From Candidatus Anstonellales archaeon (GTDB taxonomy: Archaea; Micrarchaeota; Micrarchaeia; Anstonellales; J096), in contig JAWAFI010000001.1 in assembly GCA_038890615.1 (NCBI GenBank), positions 432,843 to 496,842 on the forward strand: a stretch of 64,000 bases of DNA, given 5' to 3'. Shown one piece after another: positions 43,984 to 53,053 of this stretch (its first letter is position 1; each line of letters starts with the position of its first letter). The translations under genes and the position numbers were made by a program. The notes beneath the pieces are model-generated. The model was not told the origin of the DNA. It worked only from the letters and a program-made list of their open reading frames with translations, and ran no database searches.

Positions 43984-46004
43984 TAGCCGCCCTCTGTTAT
44001 TGCGAAAAAGCCAGGGCTTTTCTCATATATTACTCCTTTCCTAGAAAGCTCAGAGATGAACCTTTCTACCTCCCTAGGTGTTATGCCCTGCCTTTCACCT
44101 TCCTGGACAATTTCCTCCCTTTTAGCCCCTCCTTTCTCCTTAGAAAGCTTTTCTATTATATCCTCTACTTTTTCTATCTTTTCGATGAAGCTCCTTGGAG
44201 CACCTGTTGCTATTATGTCTGAGTCTATCCTCCCTGTTGCCTGGTCAGTCATCACCTTTTTCATTACATCGTGCACAAGCCTTATTGCCACTTCTGCATC
44301 CCTTTCCTCCACTTCCTCGCTGAGCCTCATTTTCGCATTTGCTTCTGCCAGCCTTATGAGGCCCTCTATGTACCTTGGTGTTATTGGCACAGAGCCGCTT
44401 GACATCCCCATCTTCCTGAGCTCTATGTAGAAATCCTTTATCTTGTTCGCAGCAGCTTCAGTAAGCCGGGGCGAAATAGATTTCCTTGCATAAGCTATGT
44501 ATTTCCTTAGCAATTCAGGGTCTATTGCACCTGCTGCCTGCTGCTCCTCTCCCTTAAGCGAGCGCATGTGTGTGCCAAGTATGTGATCTGCGAGCCTTGC
44601 GTCCTTCTCCTCATCCAGCACATCAAAAATTGGGAATATCAAGTCAAACCTTGAGAGAAGGGATGGAGGTATGTTGAACTGGTCTGCTATGTTCTTTGTC
44701 TGGTCAAACCTCCCATATTTTGGGTTTGCTGCAGCGAGAATGCCTGTCTTTGCTCCAAACCTGGTTACCATGCCTGCTTTTGCCACTGAGACTGTTTGCG
44801 TCTCCATGACCTCATGCAGGGCAGCCCTTTCATTCTCGTCTATCTTGTCAAACTCGTCTATTGTCACTATGCCTCCGCTCGCAAGCACAAGAGCCCCTGC
44901 TTTAAGCGTCCATCCGCCTTCGCTTAGCTCATCCCTTTCTGCGCTTGCTGTAAGCCCAACTCCGCTAACGCTCTTTCCGCTTACATAGATGCTCTTTGGG
45001 GCTATCTTGTTAACGCTTTCAAGAAACCTTGTTTTTGCGATGCCTGGGTCGCCAATAAGGAGTATATGCACATCGTCCCTTGCCTTCATGCCTCCAGGAA
45101 GCAGCTTTCCTTTTGTGCCTCCGAAAAGCATTAGCGCTATTGCATACTTTACTTCATCATGGCCGAATATCACAGGGGCAATTGATTGGGCTATCCTGCT
45201 TTCTATGTTTGGCACCTTTGAGAGCTCCCTTATCCTTTTCTCATCCTCTTTTGTAAGCTCTATCTCTTCAAATTCCCTCTTTGTGCTAGTAACTGAGCTT
45301 ACCTCAACATATTTTGTGTAGGTGAGGGTTGGGCCTTTTGCCAATGGCTTCAACCTAAGCACCCCATTTACTATTATGTTTTCCCCTGGCACAACCTTGT
45401 TCACCAAATCATCTATTAGCTGAAGCTCAATCTTTGCAGACGGCGTGCCACCCCTTACCCTTTCCACGAGCTCCTGCACCTCTGCCCTCTGTATGTCTGT
45501 ATAGGTGCTCTTCTCCTCCACAGGCTCAAGCGCCATCTTGTGGCAGGAGGGGCATTTCTTCGGCTGCACAAAGCTTTTTGTAACCTCAAGCCTAATTTCA
45601 TTGTCGCAGAGCTTGCACTGGAAGGTTGCAAGCTTTATCCTATAAAGAACCTCCCCCCTCCTAGTCACTACTCCTTTGAATGCTATCATCTCTCCAATGT
45701 TCTTTGCCTTTATGCCCTCTATGAGCATGTCTTCCCCTGGGGCGTTCCTAAACCTGAGGTGGAGCTTCACCTCTTTCACAACAGGGCTTATGAAGGTAAG
45801 GCGCTGGAGCACTGCTTCTCCTGCCTCAATGACCTTGTCTGGGTTTTTTATGAGAAGGTCTGCAAGCTCTGGCTCAAACCTTTCAAGCTTCTTGTAATCA
45901 ACATAGATGCTCTTCTCGTTTGGATAGGATGAGACAGCAGTGTCTATGTCCTGCTGGTAGTGCGTGCGCAGGAATTCTTCCAATTTTTGCTCAAGCTCCT
46001 CCAT
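43983..46004 (-). CDS. mcm: replicative helicase MCM
   Basis: Zn finger CKLC/CPSC, GDPGIAKT, IDEFDK, LLSRFD, ITPR, C-terminal wHTH. Confidence 0.97.
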   Translation of the reverse strand: MEELEQKLEEFLRTHYQQDIDTAVSSYPNEKSIYVDYKKLERFEPELADLLIKNPDKVIEAGEAVLQRLTFISPVVKEVKLHLRFRNAPGEDMLIEGIKAKNIGEMIAFKGVVTRRGEVLYRIKLATFQCKLCDNEIRLEVTKSFVQPKKCPSCHKMALEPVEEKSTYTDIQRAEVQELVERVRGGTPSAKIELQLIDDLVNKVVPGENIIVNGVLRLKPLAKGPTLTYTKYVEVSSVTSTKREFEEIELTKEDEKRIRELSKVPNIESRIAQSIAPVIFGHDEVKYAIALMLFGGTKGKLLPGGMKARDDVHILLIGDPGIAKTRFLESVNKIAPKSIYVSGKSVSGVGLTASAERDELSEGGWTLKAGALVLASGGIVTIDEFDKIDENERAALHEVMETQTVSVAKAGMVTRFGAKTGILAAANPKYGRFDQTKNIADQFNIPPSLLSRFDLIFPIFDVLDEEKDARLADHILGTHMRSLKGEEQQAAGAIDPELLRKYIAYARKSISPRLTEAAANKIKDFYIELRKMGMSSGSVPITPRYIEGLIRLAEANAKMRLSEEVEERDAEVAIRLVHDVMKKVMTDQATGRIDSDIIATGAPRSFIEKIEKVEDIIEKLSKEKGGAKREEIVQEGERQGITPREVERFISELSRKGVIYEKSPGFFAITEGG

Positions 46005-46022
46005 GCCACCATCTCAAAAATT

Positions 46023-46076
46023 TGTCAGCGTCAAGTCAACTCATCATTGCTCAGAGTCGTAACTTTCATCATCCTT
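46023..46076 (-). ncRNA. box C/D 2'-O-methylation guide sRNA
   Basis: ATGATGA-AAGTTACGACT-CTGA-GCA-ATGATGA-GTTGACTTGACG-CTGA with perfect C, D', C' and D boxes; TTTTAAAG box at 46103-46096. Confidence 0.92.
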
Positions 46077-46191
46077 TACCTATATGCACCAAGCACTTTA
46101 AAATCCTTTCCCAGCCCAATGGCCATTCTTCTTTCTTTGCATTAGCAGGGCTTTCCAAAATGCTTTAAAATACATACATTATATACTAAGC

Positions 46192-46764
46192 ATGGCATTA
46201 GAACTACTATTAGGAATTATTGCCCTTGTTATTGTTGGCTTGGCGCTTGTGCTCGTCCTTTGGGGTATATGGACATACAACAAGATAGTATCCCTGAAGA
46301 AAAAAGTAGAGGAAACATGGTCTATCATTGAAGTTCAGCTAAAAAGGAGGTACGATTTGATACCAAACCTTGTTGAAACAGTCAAGGGCTATATGAAGCA
46401 CGAGAGGGAAACCCTTACTAAAGTTACAGAGCTTAGGAGCGCAATAATGGCTGCTCCAACAAAGGAAGAAAGGATGAAGGCAGACAACATGCTTACTGCT
46501 ACTCTCAAATCGCTTTTTGCTGTTGCTGAGAACTACCCTGCGCTTAGGGCAAACGAGAACTTCCTGAAGCTCCAGGAGTCGCTTGAAGACACAGAGAACA
46601 GGATTTCATACGCAAGGATGTCGTACAACTCAGTGGTAAGGGATTACAATACTTTCATAGCGCTCATCCCGAACAACATTGTAGCTTCTTTCCTTAATGC
46701 AAAACCAGAGCCTTTCTTTGAGGCAGGGGAAGAGGCAAAGAAAGCCCCAAAGGTTCAATTCTGA
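46192..46764 (+). CDS. lemA: LemA family protein
   Basis: N-terminal TM; QLKRRYDLIPNLVETVKGY..HE, AENYP.LRANENF. Confidence 0.95.
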   Translation: MALELLLGIIALVIVGLALVLVLWGIWTYNKIVSLKKKVEETWSIIEVQLKRRYDLIPNLVETVKGYMKHERETLTKVTELRSAIMAAPTKEERMKADNMLTATLKSLFAVAENYPALRANENFLKLQESLEDTENRISYARMSYNSVVRDYNTFIALIPNNIVASFLNAKPEPFFEAGEEAKKAPKVQF

Positions 46765-46767
46765 TCC

Positions 46768-47199
46768 ATGCTGAGGTTTCCCACAAAAGAGGAGCAGAAA
46801 GAGCTTGCTAGGAAGGTTAAGGAATATTACGCCTCACTTTACCCTAGCGAGGAGATTTCAATTGAGGAAGAGGTGTTTACTCCTGAAGAGATAGGGGAGA
46901 TGGAATACTTATATTCAGGTGAGCAGGTTATGGAAAGCATTGCTGGCAAGATAGAGGACTTAAAAGAGCTTGCAAAGAAGGGAATAACTCCTCATATGGT
47001 GCTCATAAGCCAAAAGAGGAAGGGCAAGGAGGCAAGGATGGTGCTTGACGGCCATTTGAGGAGCATTTTTGCCTATTCATATGGAATAGCTTGGCCTGCA
47101 TTCCTAGTAGTGCTTCCTCCAAAGGCAAGATCAGGCATTTCCTACCTGAAGCTAGGAAAGGTAAAAGAGGTCGTACAATTATTTAATCAGCGTATATAA
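46768..47199 (+). CDS. hypothetical protein with ParB/Srx-like motif
   Basis: MVLDGHLR resembles the ParB-N IDGHHR motif. Confidence 0.5.
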   Translation: MLRFPTKEEQKELARKVKEYYASLYPSEEISIEEEVFTPEEIGEMEYLYSGEQVMESIAGKIEDLKELAKKGITPHMVLISQKRKGKEARMVLDGHLRSIFAYSYGIAWPAFLVVLPPKARSGISYLKLGKVKEVVQLFNQRI

Positions 47200-47253
47200 T
47201 TATGGCTTTTGACGTTGAGTGTTATATTATTTATAAATATTTGTTACAAAATA

Positions 47254-47400
47254 AGGAAAAGGTTTAAAAAGAGCCCATTAATTTTGTGTATAGCCCTCCC
47301 CCTGAGGGTTGTTCTCCCAAAGAGAACTTTTGCGGGGCGTAAATGGCCGCCAAATAATGTTTTTGTGACGCCCCAAGTGGCGGCCGATTGAGGTGAATAG
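47254..47400 (+). promoter_or_regulatory. S-layer gene promoter and structured ~110-nt 5' UTR
   Basis: Purine-rich BRE plus TTTAAAAA (47263-47270); two hairpins; interlocked GC stems; SD GAGGTGA at 47390-47396. Confidence 0.7.
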
Positions 47401-50037
47401 ATGAAAGGAATACAAAAGATTGGAGCGATAGTAGGAGGAACAGCCTTATTGGCTGGAGCAGCCTTTGCTGGGCTTGCCTTTGAGGATATGGAATTGGTTA
47501 ATCCCAATGGCCAGCCGACAGTGAAGGTAGTCGCAGGCGCAAAAGCCGCCATTAGCGACGGAATAGTGGCAGCAAACATAGCAACGAAGATAGCAAACTC
47601 TGCATACGGCAAGAAGACATACACAGCAACAGTGACAGGCCTTAGCTCAGTCACATGCACGGGAGGCGGAGCAGGAGGAACAGGCACATGCACTGTGAAA
47701 GAGGGAAGCGAGAGCGTGACCCTTGACATAACAGTGCCTGGCTTGACAGGCTCAGCCCACAACTTCCAGATCCTCATAGGCGACTATGTGGACAGGGAGC
47801 TGGAAAACAGGGAAAACTACAACACTGCAGACTGGTATGACACAACAACTTCAGAAACAAGCATAAATGCCCACCCATACTCTGATGGGAATGGAGGAAC
47901 AGTGGCAGGGGCTTACTCAGATGTAGCTCTCTACAGGATTGATGGAGGCAAGTTCTCTGCATTTGCAGACAAGACAATAGTAGACCCAAGGACTGCATCA
48001 TCCTACACTGAATCGCAAGCAGTGTATGTTGCAGGCCAGGGGCAATACGATGAGGCAGAAGAAGACCTCACTGCATCAATGCAGGGCCTTATCTACCAGG
48101 TGAAGTTTGACGAGAACACTGACAACGGAATCCCAGTGTGCGACCCAAAAGACTCCAAATCAGCAAAGGACTACACAATGTGCGAGGACCACGACAGGGT
48201 TGACAACCACAGGATGAAAGTTTGGTTCCTAGGCTCTGAGTGGGTAATAGTTGAGATGGAGCCAGCAACAGACACAATTGATGGGAGTGGTGTTAAAGTA
48301 GTTGCAGGAGGCTCTGTAACCCTTGCAAAAGAGAGCGTCTATGGATTCGTGAATGTTGGGGAATACCTTGATGCAGGGGAGATAAAGGTGAGGCTTGACG
48401 ACATTACAGCAGGCGATGCAGCAGAGAACCAGAGGGCAGTCATTTCAGTGCTTGATGCAAACGGCCAGCCAACAGGAGTGCAGGACACAATAACACCAGG
48501 AAGCACAAAGAAAGTTCTTGTTGGAGGCAAAGAGTACAGGATAAGGGTCTACCAGACAGCACCAGGTTACACATTTGGTGCGAAGTGGGCAGAAATGGCC
48601 TTGATAAGCGAGGAATTCACAATAACTGACCAGGAGTACATGGACGAGCCGAACGACCTCTGGAAGGCATCAGTGCTCTGGAAGAACAGGGATGCTACAA
48701 CAGACGATGGAAACAACAACAACGGATACGAAGAGCAGCCAGACTACTTGAGGGCAATCCTCTTGCAGAGGACTGACTTCAACGATGTGCTCTTCAAGGG
48801 CGATGTTGTAAACATCGTTGAGGACCCAGTTGCATTCAAGTTCGCCTTCAATGGATTGGACCTTACCTCAAGCGACTATGACAGGCTTCAGTTTAAGCTG
48901 AAGAAGACGCCGTTCTCAATAACCCTTACTGATAACTCAGTTGTTCCCTTGACAAATGTGGTTGAGATTACAACCTCAGAGAAAACAGCATTGGAAATGA
49001 AGAACGATGGATGCCCAGCAGGAACACCAACACCAGCAGGCCCAAGCGACAAGGCATACCTTGACCTTGACAACTCCATGCTCTACTTGAAGGAGTCATC
49101 CTCAAGCAGCAAGTATGTGCTAGCATGCGATAATACAGCTAACGCAAGTGACTACGCCTATCTTGTCTACTATTCTGCAGGAGACTACTACGATCCAGGC
49201 GATCTTTGGACTTCTGATGACAGCGGGGGAATAATGGAATTGTTTGCAGATAACGACGAAATCTGGATTTATGTGCACGAGGACGCAGGAGGAGTTGCAT
49301 CTGACGACCATGTTGCAGACGTGTGGGAAATAGATGGCTACTACGATGGCTCTAGCTGGAGCTTCCAGAATACACCCTGGACAGCAAATGACAAGGTATA
49401 TTATTACAGCACTGGAGACACATACTATGGCTCTGACCTGATAGCAACAACTGGCGAAAAGGAAGAGGGCTATGTTTCCGAGAGGGGCTCTGTGTTTGTG
49501 TCTGAGACAGGCACAGCAATGGAGTTCAAGATTGCAAAGAAGCTCGGCCACTTGCTCTTCTCCTTGATGCCGAACGTTGAGGCAGGATCTGCAGAGTCAA
49601 CAAGGGTTGTCCTCCACGAGGGAGAGCAGACCACAATAGGAGGAGTTACTGTAAAGGTCGTTTCAATTGATGAGCAGTTGAACCCATGCACTGTTGCAGG
49701 GGGCTCTGCAAGCTGCACTGTTGCAGGAACAGACGGCGTCTCTGCGGTCATAAGCCCAGAGAACAAGCACTCTGTTGATGTTGCAGTGCCGTATGCAGTG
49801 AGCAACTTAGTGCTCCTTGACTCTGAGGCAGGAAGCGTGGGCGCAGTGATTTCAGTTGGAGGGCCTGCAGTAAACACAGTGACAGCAAACGCCTTGACAG
49901 GCAGCGATGTAACCCTCAGCAAGCCAGGCGACAAGGTTGTGAAGAAGATCGGCAGCACAATAGTTGTTGCTGGCTACACAGCCGAGGACACCATGGAAGC
50001 AGGAAGGGACTTCTTGGCTGCACTCAAGAGCAACTGA
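47401..50037 (+). CDS. S-layer protein
   Basis: Signal peptide, VVAGAKAAISDGIVAANIA N-terminal and ISVGGPAVNTV...IVVAGYTAEDT C-terminal S-layer motifs; acidic; biased codon use. Confidence 0.88.
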   Translation: MKGIQKIGAIVGGTALLAGAAFAGLAFEDMELVNPNGQPTVKVVAGAKAAISDGIVAANIATKIANSAYGKKTYTATVTGLSSVTCTGGGAGGTGTCTVKEGSESVTLDITVPGLTGSAHNFQILIGDYVDRELENRENYNTADWYDTTTSETSINAHPYSDGNGGTVAGAYSDVALYRIDGGKFSAFADKTIVDPRTASSYTESQAVYVAGQGQYDEAEEDLTASMQGLIYQVKFDENTDNGIPVCDPKDSKSAKDYTMCEDHDRVDNHRMKVWFLGSEWVIVEMEPATDTIDGSGVKVVAGGSVTLAKESVYGFVNVGEYLDAGEIKVRLDDITAGDAAENQRAVISVLDANGQPTGVQDTITPGSTKKVLVGGKEYRIRVYQTAPGYTFGAKWAEMALISEEFTITDQEYMDEPNDLWKASVLWKNRDATTDDGNNNNGYEEQPDYLRAILLQRTDFNDVLFKGDVVNIVEDPVAFKFAFNGLDLTSSDYDRLQFKLKKTPFSITLTDNSVVPLTNVVEITTSEKTALEMKNDGCPAGTPTPAGPSDKAYLDLDNSMLYLKESSSSSKYVLACDNTANASDYAYLVYYSAGDYYDPGDLWTSDDSGGIMELFADNDEIWIYVHEDAGGVASDDHVADVWEIDGYYDGSSWSFQNTPWTANDKVYYYSTGDTYYGSDLIATTGEKEEGYVSERGSVFVSETGTAMEFKIAKKLGHLLFSLMPNVEAGSAESTRVVLHEGEQTTIGGVTVKVVSIDEQLNPCTVAGGSASCTVAGTDGVSAVISPENKHSVDVAVPYAVSNLVLLDSEAGSVGAVISVGGPAVNTVTANALTGSDVTLSKPGDKVVKKIGSTIVVAGYTAEDTMEAGRDFLAALKSN

Positions 50038-50053
50038 AGGCAAATCACCTAAC

Positions 50054-50080
50054 CTTTTAATTTCCTTTTTCTTTTTCCCT
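50054..50080 (+). terminator. U-rich terminator after the S-layer gene
   Basis: CTTTTAATTTCCTTTTTCTTTTTCCC. Confidence 0.55.
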
Positions 50081-50119
50081 TAAGCAAATTCTTTTAAACC
50101 TTTATTGCTTCCCTTATCC

Positions 50120-50653
50120 ATGAATCTCTTAAAAGGCATATCCTCTGGCTCAGGGGATGTTGTAAATGCTGTGATAGAAGTGCCAAGGGGCTCAAGGAAC
50201 AAGTACGAGTATGACAAGGAAGCTGGAGTTGTAAGGCTTGACAGGGTGCTCCATTCGCCGTTCTTCTACCCAACTGACTATGGCTTTATACCGCAAACTT
50301 GGTACGACGATGAAGACCCCCTTGACATAATGGTTTATACAAGGGACCCAACCTTCCCAGGATGCGTAGTAGAAGCAAGGGTTATAGGGATGATGCGCAT
50401 GGAGGACGAAAAAGGCACCGATGACAAGCTTATAGCTGTGCCTACTGGCGACCCTCTTTATGCAGACATACAGGACATAACAGACCTTCCTTCCTCACTG
50501 CTTGAGGAGATAGCCCACTTCTTTGAGAGATACAAGGACCTTGAGAAAGGCAAGAGCTCAAAGGTAAAGGGATGGTTTGACAAAAAGGATGCGCTGAAAG
50601 TGCTAGAGAAGGGAAGAAGGCTTTTTAAGAAGAAATATGCTGGTAGCGATTGA
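50120..50653 (+). CDS. ppa: inorganic pyrophosphatase
   Basis: IEVPRGSRNKYEYDK, YPTDYGFIPQT..DDEDPLD, DDKL. Confidence 0.96.
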   Translation: MNLLKGISSGSGDVVNAVIEVPRGSRNKYEYDKEAGVVRLDRVLHSPFFYPTDYGFIPQTWYDDEDPLDIMVYTRDPTFPGCVVEARVIGMMRMEDEKGTDDKLIAVPTGDPLYADIQDITDLPSSLLEEIAHFFERYKDLEKGKSSKVKGWFDKKDALKVLEKGRRLFKKKYAGSD

Positions 50654-51206
50654 AGGCATTGATGGGGCAGGCAAGGGAGTGCAGTGCTCCTTTTTCCACA
50701 GCCCATTCAAAAGGCTGTCATTCCCTTCAAGGAAATACGACCTTATAAGGAAATACCTCAACAAAGAGATTGAGATAAGGCCAGAAGCGATATTCCTCCT
50801 TTATGCTTCAGACATAATTGACAGCATACTCAGCATTAACTTGAAAGAGAAATGGGTGTTAGACCGCTATGTCCAATCCACAGCTGCCTACGAGGTAAGC
50901 GGAGTGGGCTTCAAGAGGCAGAAGGAGATACTTAAGATGCTCCCCTACCCAAAGGCAGACATAGTGTTCCTCCTTGACATTGACCCAGAGATTTCAGTGG
51001 AAAGGATGTCAAGGGCAAACAAGAAGGCAGACCGCTACGAAAGGATAGAATACCTTTCCAAGGTGAGAGCCAACTACCTTGAGCTTGCAAAAGAGAGCTT
51101 TTTTGCAAAGCGCTGGGTTACAATCAATGCTGCGCAGTCCATTGAGAAGGTTCGTGATGAAATAAGGGGCCACATGCAAAGGCTTTTTAAGGATTCAGAA
51201 GGTTAA
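50637..51206 (+). CDS. tmk: thymidylate kinase
   Basis: IEGIDGAGK, LDRY..STAAY, LLDIDPE. Confidence 0.88.
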   Translation: MLVAIEGIDGAGKGVQCSFFHSPFKRLSFPSRKYDLIRKYLNKEIEIRPEAIFLLYASDIIDSILSINLKEKWVLDRYVQSTAAYEVSGVGFKRQKEILKMLPYPKADIVFLLDIDPEISVERMSRANKKADRYERIEYLSKVRANYLELAKESFFAKRWVTINAAQSIEKVRDEIRGHMQRLFKDSEG

Positions 51207-51215
51207 ATTAGCACT

Positions 51216-51290
51216 GCTCCTGTAGTCTAGCCCGGACAAGGATACTGGCCTCTCGAGCCAGAGACCCGGGTTCAAATCCCGGCAGGAGCA
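51216..51290 (+). tRNA. tRNA-Glu(CTC)
   Basis: GCTCCTG/CAGGAGC acceptor stem, CTGGC-CTCTCGA-GCCAG, GGTTCAAATCC. Confidence 0.95.
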
Positions 51291-51292
51291 CT

Positions 51293-51733
51293 CTACTTCT
51301 TCTGGAGCAATTTCACGTTCTTCAGCTTGAGCTTTATTGGGATTGGCACAGCCACCTCTATTGGCTCAACAGTGATGTCCTCCTTGGCAGCATCTATCTT
51401 TATCACCTTGCCCTTCTCCCCTTTCATGCCCCCGCTCTTTATCTCTACAATGTCGCCTACCTCTATCTTCTCCTCCTTTGCTGGCTCAAGCATAACCATC
51501 TTGAACAGCTCATCCTTGGAAATGCCCTTCCTGAGCAGGCCCTTCACATGCCTTACCTTGTTTATGAGCTTTATGACATTGTCTTCATCCTTTGCTTCAA
51601 CGAATAGGTAACCCTTTACCCTGTCTATATAGGTAATTGAGTATATCTCTGCCCCAGTTGTCTTTACTCTTCCTTCAAGGGTGCTTGCAACAATCTTCTC
51701 CTGCCCATAAGTTACTCTTATTGGGAATATCAT
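51293..51733 (-). CDS. spt5: transcription elongation factor Spt5/NusG
   Basis: VTYGQE, KGYLFVEA, KOW motif GDIVEIKSG..KGEKGKV. Confidence 0.94.
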   Translation of the reverse strand: MIFPIRVTYGQEKIVASTLEGRVKTTGAEIYSITYIDRVKGYLFVEAKDEDNVIKLINKVRHVKGLLRKGISKDELFKMVMLEPAKEEKIEVGDIVEIKSGGMKGEKGKVIKIDAAKEDITVEPIEVAVPIPIKLKLKNVKLLQKK

Positions 51734-51734
51734 G

Positions 51735-51917
51735 CTATCCTCCTGCGCTTGCTATTACTGAAATGAGAAGCCCGAGGAGCCCTATTGCTATCATGCCAAG
51801 CCCTGAAACTTTTATCACAAGCCTTAGTTGGGTTGGAGTTGGCTTTGTTGATACGATAAGCACTCTCCTGACTCCAGCAATTGTCTTCTTTATGCTTTCA
51901 ATCCAGCTGCCGATCAT
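51735..51917 (-). CDS. secE: SecE/Sec61-gamma
   Basis: RRVL.VSTKP...KVSGLG...IGLLG; lies between ftsZ and spt5. Confidence 0.88.
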   Translation of the reverse strand: MIGSWIESIKKTIAGVRRVLIVSTKPTPTQLRLVIKVSGLGMIAIGLLGLLISVIASAGG

Positions 51918-52987
51918 CCTACCACATCTATATCTATATCCCCTACTTCCCTTATGCTGTCAACAGTGTATTCAGGGAACTTTACGCCTGCAAGCACTAC
52001 AAGTACCCTCAAAGAATTCTTTTTCAGGTTTTCCTCTATTCTCGCTCCCCATATTATATGGGAGTTCTCCCTTATCCTATCTCCAACGCTTGCAACTATT
52101 GTTTCTGCCTCTTTCAAGCTCATGTCTTGCCCGCCTATTACATTTATGAGTGCCCTGCTTGATGTGCTTATGTCAGCGTCTAGCATTGGTGAATTGAGAG
52201 CTGTCTCAACTGCAACCATTGCCCTTTCCTCCCCTTTTCCTTCCATTGATGCTTCACCAAGCCCTATCACAGCGTAGCCAGCGCTGCTGAGCACAGTGGT
52301 CAAATCAGCGAAGTCAACATTAACAAGCCCTGCTTTTGTTATCATCTCAGTTATCCCTTTCACAGAGCCTGCAAGCACTTCATCTGAAACCTTGAAGGCA
52401 GTGTTCAAAGGCAAATCAGGCGCAATGGTTAGCAGCTTGTCGTTCCTTACTACTATGGTAGTATCAGAGCATTTCTTCAGCTCCTGCAATCCCTCCAATG
52501 CATTCTCCATTCTTACCTTCCCTTCTGCAGTAAAAGGAAGCGTAACTACTGAAACCACTAAAGCCCCTGCTTCCTTTGCCTTTTTCGCAATTATAGGTGC
52601 GCTTCCTGTCCCAGTGCCTCCTCCCATCCCGCATGTTACGAAAACAAGGTTTGCGCCTGCTATTGCTTCCTTTATCTCATTTTCGCTCTCTTCAGCAGCC
52701 TGCTTCCCTACCTCTGGGTTGCTGCCTGCGCCCCTGCCTTTTGTAAGCTGCTTGCCAAGCAGTATCTTCTTGCTTGCCTTTATCTTAAGGAGGTGCTTTG
52801 CATCAGTGTTCATTGCAACTAGCTTTACTCCGTCAATCCCAAGCTCAAAAAGCCTGTTAAGCGTGTTGCAGCCGCTCCCTCCTGCGCCTACAACCACCAA
52901 ATTCGGCTTGCTTTCCTCTATGAACTTTAAAAGCTCCTCATCCTCTTTTGTAGAGGGGCTTATGCTTTCTACGATTTCATGCTCCAT
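51914..52987 (-). CDS. ftsZ: cell division protein FtsZ
   Basis: GAGGSGCN, GMGGGTGTG, VNVDFAD; ftsZ-secE-spt5 order. Confidence 0.97.
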   Translation of the reverse strand: MEHEIVESISPSTKEDEELLKFIEESKPNLVVVGAGGSGCNTLNRLFELGIDGVKLVAMNTDAKHLLKIKASKKILLGKQLTKGRGAGSNPEVGKQAAEESENEIKEAIAGANLVFVTCGMGGGTGTGSAPIIAKKAKEAGALVVSVVTLPFTAEGKVRMENALEGLQELKKCSDTTIVVRNDKLLTIAPDLPLNTAFKVSDEVLAGSVKGITEMITKAGLVNVDFADLTTVLSSAGYAVIGLGEASMEGKGEERAMVAVETALNSPMLDADISTSSRALINVIGGQDMSLKEAETIVASVGDRIRENSHIIWGARIEENLKKNSLRVLVVLAGVKFPEYTVDSIREVGDIDIDVVG

Positions 52988-53053
52988 GGTCACACCTGCT
53001 CTATGACTATGAACTACGCTATTAATTTAAATACTATCTTTTTTAAATTTATC

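Noticed and set aside
46031..46072. 13-codon uORF upstream of mcm (MMKVTTLSNDELT)
   Set aside because: It is fully explained by the C/C' box sequences of the C/D sRNA.
47244..47777. 177-aa minus-strand ORF and similar long antisense ORFs (e.g. 31541-32275, 52296-53006)
   Set aside because: Shadow ORFs of well-supported genes on the opposite strand.
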